Positions 1-7,230 are shown, counted from the first letter of the stretch. The stretch: 25,368 nt of DNA from Candidatus Doudnabacteria bacterium (GCA_023245895.1 JAHFJJ010000001.1:71621-96988), one strand, 5' to 3'. Program-made: numbers and translations. Notes: generated from the sequence alone by a model not told the origin.

Positions 1-57
1 AGGTTAGTGACTTGAGAGGAAGACGGCCAGGTCTTAAAACTGAAAAAATTGTAGCCA
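1..57 (-). CDS. possible 5' end of an unidentified gene downstream of gap (partial, runs off window)
   Basis: An ATG at minus-strand position 57-55 opens a frame (MDFAVAGYNFFSFKTWPSSSQVTN...) that reaches the window edge. There is no recognisable homology and no clear SD. Confidence 0.2.
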
Positions 58-97
58 GCAACGGCAAAATCCATTCCCAATTGCTTAAGGCTCTCCG

Positions 98-1138
98 CTA
101 GCTTTTTTTCGCAATACGCCTGGCCAAATATTCCAGCAAGTAAACCATTTGCTGGACATAACCCCATTCGTTGTCGTACCAGGCTAAAACATTTATAAAA
201 TTTCCGTTTACAATCTCTGTGGAAAGCAGATCCACTATTGCCCCGTGCGGGTTGCCCCTAAAATCTATAGAAACCAAAGGCAAAGTAGAAGTACTCAAAT
301 GGCGGCTAAGCTCGCCTGAGGCGGCCTTTTGGAAAACTTTATTGAGCGCTTGAGGCGTAGCGCTTTTTTTTAATTGCGCGGTAAGCACTACCAGCGAAGG
401 GTTCACCACCGGCACCCGCAAAGAAATTGCGGACACCTTGCCTTTCAGTTGGGGGTAAAGTTTGGTTATGGTGTTAGAAACACCCGTGGAAGTCGGGATT
501 ATAGATTCCGTGGCCGAACGGGCCCTGCGCACGTCCTTGTGTGAGGAATCCAATAGTTGCTGGTCATTAGTGACGGCATGGATGGTGTTAATGTAAGCCT
601 GCCTAATACCGAAAGCTTCTTCCAAAACTTTTATGGTTAAGGTTGAACAGATGGTGGTGCAAGAGCCGCCGGAAATAATTTTGTGTACCTCGGGATCAAA
701 CTTGCCGTGGTTGGCGCCGTAAACAAAAGTTTCGTCCGCGTCGTCCATTGGCGCGCTGGCCATGACAAAGCGAGCGCCGGCGTCCAAATGCTTTTGCGCG
801 TCAACGCGCTTGGTAAACTTACCCGTGGCGTCCAGCACAAAATCCACGCCAATCTTTTTCCACGGCAAATGGCCGTCTGTGGAGCGGATATAGGGTACTT
901 CGACTTTATCTATTAATATTTTATTCCTTTTTACGGAAATAGCTTTTTCCCAAACGCCGTAAGTGGAATCGTACTTGAGCAAGTGGGCGTACTGCTCTGC
1001 CTCGCCGCGGCTATGAGCGGCGACAATTTCAAAATGTGGGTTGTTGTAGGCTATCCTTAAAAAAACGCGGCCAATCCGGCCCAGGCCGTTTAATGCTATC
1101 CTGACTTTCTTTGGCTTTGATGCTGATTTTACTTTCAT
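98..1138 (-). CDS. gap: glyceraldehyde-3-phosphate dehydrogenase (type I)
   Basis: 346-aa ORF with the N-terminal NAD-binding motif NGLGRIGR and the catalytic SCTT(I/N)C motif. It is full length relative to bacterial GapA. Confidence 0.93.
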   Translation of the reverse strand: MKVKSASKPKKVRIALNGLGRIGRVFLRIAYNNPHFEIVAAHSRGEAEQYAHLLKYDSTYGVWEKAISVKRNKILIDKVEVPYIRSTDGHLPWKKIGVDFVLDATGKFTKRVDAQKHLDAGARFVMASAPMDDADETFVYGANHGKFDPEVHKIISGGSCTTICSTLTIKVLEEAFGIRQAYINTIHAVTNDQQLLDSSHKDVRRARSATESIIPTSTGVSNTITKLYPQLKGKVSAISLRVPVVNPSLVVLTAQLKKSATPQALNKVFQKAASGELSRHLSTSTLPLVSIDFRGNPHGAIVDLLSTEIVNGNFINVLAWYDNEWGYVQQMVYLLEYLARRIAKKS

Positions 1139-1154
1139 AACTTTTTAAACCTCT

Positions 1155-1160
1155 ATTATA
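1155..1160 (-). promoter_or_regulatory. putative -10 box (TATAAT on the minus strand) for gap
   Basis: On the minus strand, TATAAT lies 16 nt upstream of the gap ATG, within the AT-rich intergenic region. No clear -35 is present. Confidence 0.25.
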
Positions 1161-1213
1161 ATTAATTTTAATGATACTACCACACTTCTTTAGAAAATAA
1201 AAGCTGTAAAATT

Positions 1214-1951
1214 TTAAATTAACTGCTCGGCTAAGGCCAAATCCTGGGGACTATTTATTCCCAAAACCTCTTTTGGCTCAACTAACAGGCTTTCCACCTT
1301 TTCGCCGTTAGCTATGGCAACTTCTACAATATCGGTTAAATAATATTCAGCCTGCGCGTTTTGGTTTTTTATTTTCTTGGCGTGTTCCCAAAGCCAGGCG
1401 GTATTAAACATATAAATATTGGGGTTTAGTTCCTTTATTTTCCTTTGTCCAATACTTGCGTCTTTATACTCTACTATTTTAATTATTTTTTTTTGCGTGT
1501 CCCTAATAACTCTTCCGTAATGCTCAAGCGGCGCGTAAATAGCCTTAAAATTCGGCGTTACGGCAGTAAGCATGCTAATGTTAGATTTTTTTGCCTGATG
1601 CATGGCCATTAATTTTTTCAGGCTAGCGGCTTTGGTCAGTGGGTGGTCGCCATTTACAACCAGGATGTTTTTACCTGTTACTTTATGCCTGGCCGAAAGC
1701 AAAGCATGCGCGGTGCCTAGTTGTTTGTCTTGGATGGCGTAAATATAATTATCGCCCAAAACCGCCTTAACCTTGGGGGCCATAAACCCCACTACTATTA
1801 TGGGTTTGGCTAACTGGTTAATTTTTTCCACTTCATCCAAAAGATGCAAGATAATCGGCTTGTTTTTTAGCATTACCAAAACTTTAGGGATGCTACTATT
1901 CCCCATTCTGGTGCCTTTGCCGGCTGCTAAAATGACAATTTGGCTGCGCAT
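1214..1951 (-). CDS. stand-alone GlmU N-terminal domain: UDP-N-acetylglucosamine pyrophosphorylase-type sugar-1-phosphate nucleotidyltransferase, lacking the LbH acetyltransferase domain
   Basis: 245 aa. It aligns along its whole length with the E. coli GlmU uridyltransferase domain (ILAAGKGTRM, LGTAHA, EYKDA, NAQAEYYLTDI). There is no C-terminal hexapeptide-repeat region, and the stop is 1 nt after the upstream gene's start. Confidence 0.85.
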   Translation of the reverse strand: MRSQIVILAAGKGTRMGNSSIPKVLVMLKNKPIILHLLDEVEKINQLAKPIIVVGFMAPKVKAVLGDNYIYAIQDKQLGTAHALLSARHKVTGKNILVVNGDHPLTKAASLKKLMAMHQAKKSNISMLTAVTPNFKAIYAPLEHYGRVIRDTQKKIIKIVEYKDASIGQRKIKELNPNIYMFNTAWLWEHAKKIKNQNAQAEYYLTDIVEVAIANGEKVESLLVEPKEVLGINSPQDLALAEQLI

Positions 1952-1952
1952 T

Positions 1953-2477
1953 CTAATTTGGTGATTCGTATCTTTGTTTAAATCTTTGGATTTCTTTAGT
2001 TAATCTTTCTCTGTCTTTAAGTATTTCTTCACTATCCCTTTCCCACTCTTCTAAAAGCTTCAACGAACGGGCCAGTCTTTTCCTATCAGACTCAATGTCT
2101 TGCCTCGTGTTACGTATTTCGTCATTTGCAATACCTTGATTGCCTAATTTTTCATCCATGGTCCGACTTAAGTCATCTTCAATATATTTTAACTCCTCTG
2201 CTAACTGCCGATTACCAGGATCAAGATTTTTTTCATCGCTGGTTTTTTTCCATTGCTCTAATAACTTACTAATATCTTCCTCAATCTTTTTTTGGCCTAG
2301 GTCCTCTGACTGGTTTTCAAGTAGTCCAACCAGCCGGCTTTCTGACTCATACAAAGACGCGCGAAGATTTTCAACATCCGCCTTTAGTTCTACTAAAAGC
2401 CGCTCCAGTTCCGCAAGCAAACTTTCATATTCCGAGAGCTGATTTTCATTTTGGCGCCTTTTAAAAAAATCTGGCAT
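1953..2477 (-). CDS. hypothetical coiled-coil protein
   Basis: 174 aa, rich in E, K, L and R in a heptad-like pattern, with no TM segment. It sits in an operon between the GNAT and the GlmU-like gene, with 1-6 nt spacers. Confidence 0.55.
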   Translation of the reverse strand: MPDFFKRRQNENQLSEYESLLAELERLLVELKADVENLRASLYESESRLVGLLENQSEDLGQKKIEEDISKLLEQWKKTSDEKNLDPGNRQLAEELKYIEDDLSRTMDEKLGNQGIANDEIRNTRQDIESDRKRLARSLKLLEEWERDSEEILKDRERLTKEIQRFKQRYESPN

Positions 2478-2483
2478 AATAAA

Positions 2484-2837
2484 TCACTTAAAGTCTACTC
2501 TATATTCTACCCCCCAAATGTTTAAACCGAATTTTTTGTAAAATTTTTGCAGTTCCGGCTTGGAATTCCTGCTGGTGGCAATTAATTTATAACAATTGCG
2601 CTTTTTGGCTTCGGCAACAGCTTGCTTTACGAGTTTGCTGCCCAAACCCTTGCTGCGGAACCGTGCGTCCACAAAAACATCTTCCAAAAGACCAAAGGGC
2701 CGTTTGTGCAAGTCATTGTTTATTACATACAAAAAAGCTCGGCCTATTTCCTTGCCTTTTTCTTCAAAGGTAATTTTTATCCCGTATAGGTTTTTTTTGA
2801 CTGCCTTTTTAATCTTCATAAGATTTTTATGCGTCAT
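2484..2837 (-). CDS. GNAT family N-acetyltransferase
   Basis: 117 aa with the acetyl-CoA binding motif (RSKGLGSKLVKQAVAEAKKRNCYKL). Confidence 0.8.
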   Translation of the reverse strand: MTHKNLMKIKKAVKKNLYGIKITFEEKGKEIGRAFLYVINNDLHKRPFGLLEDVFVDARFRSKGLGSKLVKQAVAEAKKRNCYKLIATSRNSKPELQKFYKKFGLNIWGVEYRVDFK

Positions 2838-2948
2838 TCCGAGGCGGTAGCATCCGAGCCGAGGAATCCCCTTATATCCGATTATTCATCAGCATTAAAG
2901 GGCTCCTCCACTCCCCTTCGGATGCACTCAGGGGTCGGTCGGGATGAC
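2833..2948. repeat. GC-rich imperfect long hairpin filling the yvcK-like/GNAT intergenic region, with its outer stem overlapping the GNAT start codon
   Basis: The outer arms gtcattccgag (2833-2843) and ctcaggggtcggtcgggatgac (2927-2948) are complementary. The inner arms gcatccga (2851-2858) and tcggatgc (2916-2923) are complementary too. The element is GC-rich relative to its flanks and shares cttcgg(c)gatg with the element at 21304-21331. Confidence 0.4.
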
Positions 2949-2950
2949 AC

Positions 2951-3919
2951 TTAGATTAAACCCCAAATTAATTTTGCCAATTTGTCCGAGTCATGGCGCA
3001 AAAAACTGCGCTTTAATTTGTCGCCGGCTTTCTTTTTTATTACTCCGTCAGACAATAAATCTTCGGCAATAGCCTCAACTTTGGTTTGGGCCAAGGCCTG
3101 AATGTCAGCTTCCACAAACTTTGCTTTTTCCGCTGAATACTTTTTCAAAATATCAGCTCCCGGTTTTTTGTTGTTTGCTAAAACAAGGTCTATTCTGCCA
3201 TTAAGGTATTTCTCCAAGGTCTTAACAAAATCAGAAGCCTTAAAACCATCTGTCTGGCCGAACTTGGTCATAATATTAGTGACAAGGATTTTTTTGGCTG
3301 GTGATTTATTTACCGCTTCGGCCACGCCTTTGACCAAAAGGCTGGGTAAAACGCTGGTAAACAAATCGCCCGGCCCAAAAATTATGGCATCGGCAGAATG
3401 TAGTGCCTTAAGAACTTTTGGATTGGCCGGCAAATTTGGTTTTAATCTTAAGTCTTTAATCTTTAATCTTGTGCGAGGTTCGTCTATATTATGTTCGCCA
3501 ATTACTTTTTTGCCGTTTTCTAAAAGAGCCATCAGAGTTGTAGGTTTCAATGTTACCGGCAAAACAGCCCCGCGGACATTAAGCAATTTGCCTGCCGCTT
3601 CCAGCGCCTGCTCGGGGTCGCCGGTAATTTTTTCCAGCGCGGCTAAAATTATGTTTCCCGCGGTGTGGCCTTCAAGCGAACCGGCAGTAAACCTGTAGGC
3701 AAAAAGCTGCTTGTAAATTTCATCGGTATAAGAAAGGCCAATTAAGCACTGCCGGTAGTCGCCGGGCGGTATAATGCCAAGTTCATACTTTAACCTGCCG
3801 CCGCTGCCGCCGTCGTCCGCGGTGGAAGCAATTACACTATTATTGGACGGATACTTCCTTAACCCCGACAGCAGGGTAAGCGTTCCCGTTCCCCCGCCGA
3901 TTATTACAATATTTTTCAT
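2951..3919 (-). CDS. YvcK/GlmR (UPF0052, CofD-like) family protein
   Basis: The N-terminal KNIVIIGGGTGTLTLLSGL and DDGGSGGRL motifs are typical of the YvcK/CofD family. The six-frame ORF extends to 3952 (TTG), but the ATG at 3919 just before the GGGTG motif is the more likely start. Confidence 0.8.
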   Translation of the reverse strand: MKNIVIIGGGTGTLTLLSGLRKYPSNNSVIASTADDGGSGGRLKYELGIIPPGDYRQCLIGLSYTDEIYKQLFAYRFTAGSLEGHTAGNIILAALEKITGDPEQALEAAGKLLNVRGAVLPVTLKPTTLMALLENGKKVIGEHNIDEPRTRLKIKDLRLKPNLPANPKVLKALHSADAIIFGPGDLFTSVLPSLLVKGVAEAVNKSPAKKILVTNIMTKFGQTDGFKASDFVKTLEKYLNGRIDLVLANNKKPGADILKKYSAEKAKFVEADIQALAQTKVEAIAEDLLSDGVIKKKAGDKLKRSFLRHDSDKLAKLIWGLI

Positions 3920-3947
3920 ATGTAGTGTTCTCAAATAAACAAATTTG

Positions 3948-4025
3948 GACAAATATACAAATCTTAATTATTTCCACAAATATACACAACCGACATTTGT
4001 ATATTTGTGTTGATTTGTATATTCG
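3948..4025. promoter_or_regulatory. cluster of four copies of the CAAATATACA half-site (two direct, two inverted): candidate operator/promoter for the yvcK-like operon
   Basis: Direct copies acaaatatacaa (3949-3960) and acaaatatacaca (3977-3989). Inverted copies tttgtatatttgtg (3996-4009) and tttgtatattcg (4014-4025). On the minus strand the cluster contains an extended -10-like TGTGTATATT. Confidence 0.35.
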
Positions 4026-4031
4026 CGATTA

Positions 4032-5315
4032 CTACTTAATTATTGCCATTTCCTTGCCCACCTCTTCAAAAGCCTTAACCGTACTGTCCATTTGCTCTTT
4101 GGTATGCGCTGATGATATTTGCACGCGAATCCTGGCCTTGCCCTTTGGCACTACAGGATAAGTGAACCCGCGGACGTAAATGCCTTTTTCAAAAAGCGCG
4201 CGGGCCATATTTGCCGCCAATTTTTCTTCAAACAACATCACGGGCGTAATCGCATGCTTACCGTCCCCTCCAAGTGTAAAGCCCAGCTTTTCCATTTCGC
4301 CCCTAAAATATTTGGTATTTTCTTCCAGCTGATTTCTATACTGCGCAAACTTGCTGTCAAAATTCTGTAATACATATAGGGCTGTGGCAGTAATCATAGG
4401 GGGCAAAGCATTGGAGAATAGTGTTGTACGAGAACGCTGATGGAGCACCTGGATTATTTCCTTCCTTCCGGCCGTAAAGCCTCCGCCCGCGCCGCCAAGG
4501 GCTTTTCCAAAAGTTGAAGTTAAAATATCTATCCTATCCATAACTCCGGCCTGTTCAATACTGCCACGGCCGTTCTTTCCCAGCACGCCGCTTGCATGGC
4601 TGTCGTCCACCATAACCAAAGCGCCGTACTTGTCGGCAAGGTCGCAAATTTCTTTGAGCTTGGCAGTAATGCCATCCATAGAAAACACGCCGTCTGTTGC
4701 AATCAATATCCGACGGGGCTTATATTTGCTCCCCTCTCCCCCCTTGTCCGCCATAGCTTTAGCGTCGGCGGATGGGAGAGGGGCCGGGGGTGAGGGTTTC
4801 TCTGGCCTCGATGTCGCCTCCTTTAACTGCCTTTCCAAGTCCCCCATATCCGAATTTTTAAACCTAAACCTTTCTGCCTTGCAAAGCCTAACGCCATCTA
4901 TAATAGAAGCATGATTCAACTCATCAGAAAAAATCGCATCCCCTTCCTTTAAAATAGTTTCAAACAAACCAGTGTTTGCGTCGAAACACGATGTATAACA
5001 AATGGCGTCTTCCTGCCCAAAAAACTTGGCAATTTCTTTTTCCAAATCTTTGTGCACAGTAAGCGTGCCGCAAATAAAACGTACGCTACCAGTACCATAC
5101 CCATATTTATCCAAAGCCTCTTTCGCGGCTCGGGTTAAATCATCGGATGATGCCAAACCTAGGTAGTTGTTGGCACAAAAGTTCAAAAGTGTCTTGTCGC
5201 CGACTTTAATTTCCGTCCCCTGTTTGCCTTCAATAACCCCTTCTTCTTTCCAGGTCCCTGCGTCCTTTATTTCTTTTAGTTCATCTTCAAATTGTTTTTG
5301 ATAGTTTGCGTACAT
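4032..5315 (-). CDS. kbl: 2-amino-3-ketobutyrate CoA ligase (glycine C-acetyltransferase)
   Basis: 427 aa. It aligns end to end with E. coli Kbl (NFCANNYLGL, VRFICGT, LIATDGVFSMDG, TFGKALGGAGGG, ARIRVQISSAHT). It carries a roughly 32-aa low-complexity insertion (RPEKPSPPAPLPSADAKAMADKGGEGSKYKP) that E. coli lacks. Confidence 0.92.
   Translation of the reverse strand: MYANYQKQFEDELKEIKDAGTWKEEGVIEGKQGTEIKVGDKTLLNFCANNYLGLASSDDLTRAAKEALDKYGYGTGSVRFICGTLTVHKDLEKEIAKFFGQEDAICYTSCFDANTGLFETILKEGDAIFSDELNHASIIDGVRLCKAERFRFKNSDMGDLERQLKEATSRPEKPSPPAPLPSADAKAMADKGGEGSKYKPRRILIATDGVFSMDGITAKLKEICDLADKYGALVMVDDSHASGVLGKNGRGSIEQAGVMDRIDILTSTFGKALGGAGGGFTAGRKEIIQVLHQRSRTTLFSNALPPMITATALYVLQNFDSKFAQYRNQLEENTKYFRGEMEKLGFTLGGDGKHAITPVMLFEEKLAANMARALFEKGIYVRGFTYPVVPKGKARIRVQISSAHTKEQMDSTVKAFEEVGKEMAIIK
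4729..4796. repeat. nested GC-rich palindromic element inserted in-frame in kbl
   Basis: The outer inverted repeat cccctctccc (4731-4740) / gggagagggg (4774-4783) is perfect. The inner pair tccgcc (4747-4752) / ggcgga (4767-4772) encloses the 14-nt loop atagctttagcgtc. The element coincides exactly with the extra peptide segment of Kbl. Confidence 0.55.
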
Positions 5316-5316
5316 A

Positions 5317-5949
5317 TTATTCCTTCATTTCCTGGACACGAAAAATATCTTCGTGCTCCAAGTCTATAAAACCTTCCCGGGTGAATACGGCTGCAATACC
5401 CTTTTCTTTTAATTCTCTAAAATATCTACTTAACAAACTGGCGGTTTCATTTTCTTCTTTATCAGGTGAAAGCAATTTTGCCTGACCTGATATTGTTGAC
5501 ATGAAATCTCTGGTTATTTTTTGCAGCAGCTCAATAGCTGAACTTTTTTGCTCCAAAGTTTGTGACTCCTTCAACTCAAAAATTGCCGGGATTGTGTAGC
5601 CGATACCCGGGGATTCGCCGGTAGCCATTTGCAGCTGATAAAATTTAAATTCCTGTAAAGTTTTTTTTCCAAGCCCGCTTTCCGGCTCTCCTGTTAGTGT
5701 TAAAGAAAAATCGCTTTCATGCTTACCCAACACTGTAAGTGAATCGTGGTTCCTGTATATGTCTTTGAGTACGGGCGGGCCCGCAGTACCGGCAACGAAC
5801 CCGCGGAATTCAATAAAAGAATCCGGGCCTGTCTTAAGGCTTAAGAGTTCTTCATATTGTTGTTTGCTTATGGTTGGGTAATTTTCCGCCTCCTCACTGA
5901 ACTCCCTGGAAATAGTCCGTTCAGCGCTATCTTGTTCAAACTCTTGCAT
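5317..5949 (-). CDS. hypothetical protein co-transcribed between the tdh-like gene and kbl
   Basis: 210-aa ORF with no recognisable motifs. Its stop is 1 nt from the kbl ATG and its start is 10 nt after the tdh stop. Confidence 0.55.
   Translation of the reverse strand: MQEFEQDSAERTISREFSEEAENYPTISKQQYEELLSLKTGPDSFIEFRGFVAGTAGPPVLKDIYRNHDSLTVLGKHESDFSLTLTGEPESGLGKKTLQEFKFYQLQMATGESPGIGYTIPAIFELKESQTLEQKSSAIELLQKITRDFMSTISGQAKLLSPDKEENETASLLSRYFRELKEKGIAAVFTREGFIDLEHEDIFRVQEMKE
5769..5789. repeat. GC-rich palindrome gtacgggcgggcccgcagtac inside the hypothetical gene
   Basis: A perfect 10-bp palindrome GCGGGCCCGC is flanked by inverted gtac. It encodes GTAGPPV and is far more GC-rich than the surrounding coding sequence. 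Confidence 0.35.
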
Positions 5950-5959
5950 ATAATTTAGG

Positions 5960-7219
5960 TTAAAATTGTATTAAAAACTTAGGGTGCTTTGCCATCATTT
6001 CCTCAAACCTTTCCTTAGTATACTCTTCTATAGGCAAAATTGTGTCTTGGCCTCTGTCTAAAATTACGTTGAATAATTTTTCCTGGACGCCGTTTTTCGT
6101 GTTTTCCATTAAAGAGCGGGTTGTTTCCCATGTCTGCCAAATTTGCCGGCCAATGACAGCGTGGAAAGTAAAACCGTTGACAATAAGGCGGTTAAAATCT
6201 TCAAACACAAAATCTCCCTGCTTAATCCCAAAAAGAACAACTTCCCCTCCCCTGCGCGTGGCATACAGGCAATTATTTACAGAGGAATTAAAACCGGCCA
6301 TTTCAAAACTAATGTCCACGCCCACGCCGTTGGTAATTTTTTTAATTTCGTCGGTGAGGGATGTGTCATGGATGTAGGGCAGGGCCTTGCCCTGCTTGTT
6401 GGGCAGGCCGGGGGCCTGCACTACATTATACAACGGGATGACATAATCTATTCCCAACTTCTTCGCCATATCCTGCGTAACCGGATTCGGGTCCACTCCT
6501 ATTATAGAGGAAGCGCCCATGCCTTTTAAAACAATGGTTAAAAACATGCCGATTGGGCCTAACCCAAATATGGCGACAGATTTTCCTTTAACATCCACTT
6601 TGCTTGCCGCGTGGACCGCGTTGCCAAACGGTTCCTGCATGGCCGCGACTTCGGGACGGATTTTGGAAGTGTCGGTCTTCCAGACAATATGGCTTGGAAC
6701 TTTTGCAAATTCCGCGAACCCGCCGTCATGGGAAATGCCTAATATCTTTTCATTGGTGCAGACTTCTTTTTGCCCACGCAAACACTGGTAGCACTTATTG
6801 CAAACCACGTGGGACTCGCAAGCCGCGAAGTCCCCGGGCTTTAAATTTTTTACTGCTGATCCGACTTTAATAATTTCGCCAAAAAATTCGTGGCCAATTA
6901 TGCGGTATGTTTTACTTGCTGAAACTGCGAGTGCGGCCGAAGCAGTCCCGTCTTGTTTCAAGATTGCTTCGCCTCCTGCACTCCTCGCAATTTCATCATC
7001 TTTATCTATGCTCCCCAAAATGACATCCCTAAAAGCCTGCCTGTTCCAAATGCCGCGGTCAGTCCCGCAAATGCCGGCGTAGTGGACTTTCATAATTACA
7101 TAATTGGCGTCACCAGGATTATTTTTTTCATCCAAAACCGGCTCGGGAATATTTACCAATTCAAACCCGTGCGATGTTTCCCAATCATATTTAGATTTAT
7201 CAAACACCAATGCTTTCAT
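5960..7219 (-). CDS. tdh: Zn-dependent medium-chain dehydrogenase, L-threonine 3-dehydrogenase-like
   Basis: 419 aa, with an MKAL start. It has the catalytic-Zn motif GICGTD and GHEFFGEI, the structural-Zn motif CESHVVCNKCYQC...C, the GLGPIG NAD motif and EPFGNAVHA. It is adjacent to kbl, as in tdh-kbl operons. It carries two insertions of roughly 35 aa and roughly 15 aa relative to E. coli Tdh. Confidence 0.72.
   Translation of the reverse strand: MKALVFDKSKYDWETSHGFELVNIPEPVLDEKNNPGDANYVIMKVHYAGICGTDRGIWNRQAFRDVILGSIDKDDEIARSAGGEAILKQDGTASAALAVSASKTYRIIGHEFFGEIIKVGSAVKNLKPGDFAACESHVVCNKCYQCLRGQKEVCTNEKILGISHDGGFAEFAKVPSHIVWKTDTSKIRPEVAAMQEPFGNAVHAASKVDVKGKSVAIFGLGPIGMFLTIVLKGMGASSIIGVDPNPVTQDMAKKLGIDYVIPLYNVVQAPGLPNKQGKALPYIHDTSLTDEIKKITNGVGVDISFEMAGFNSSVNNCLYATRRGGEVVLFGIKQGDFVFEDFNRLIVNGFTFHAVIGRQIWQTWETTRSLMENTKNGVQEKLFNVILDRGQDTILPIEEYTKERFEEMMAKHPKFLIQF
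6373..6425. repeat. nested GC-rich palindromic element inserted in-frame in the tdh-like gene
   Basis: The outer inverted repeat is tgtagggcagg / cctgcactaca. It encloses two 7-bp stem hairpins (gcagggc-ctt-gccctgc and gcaggcc-ggg-ggcctgc). It encodes VQAPGLPNKQGKALPY, which is absent from E. coli Tdh. Confidence 0.5.
6926..6989. repeat. second nested GC-rich palindromic element inserted in-frame in the tdh-like gene
   Basis: The outer pair is tgcgagtgc / gcactcctcgca and the inner pair is ggccgaagcag / ttgcttcgcc. The central palindrome is cttgtttcaag. The element encodes part of the roughly 35-aa insertion between the CGTD and GHE motifs. Confidence 0.5.
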
Positions 7220-7230
7220 AAATCTTTTAA

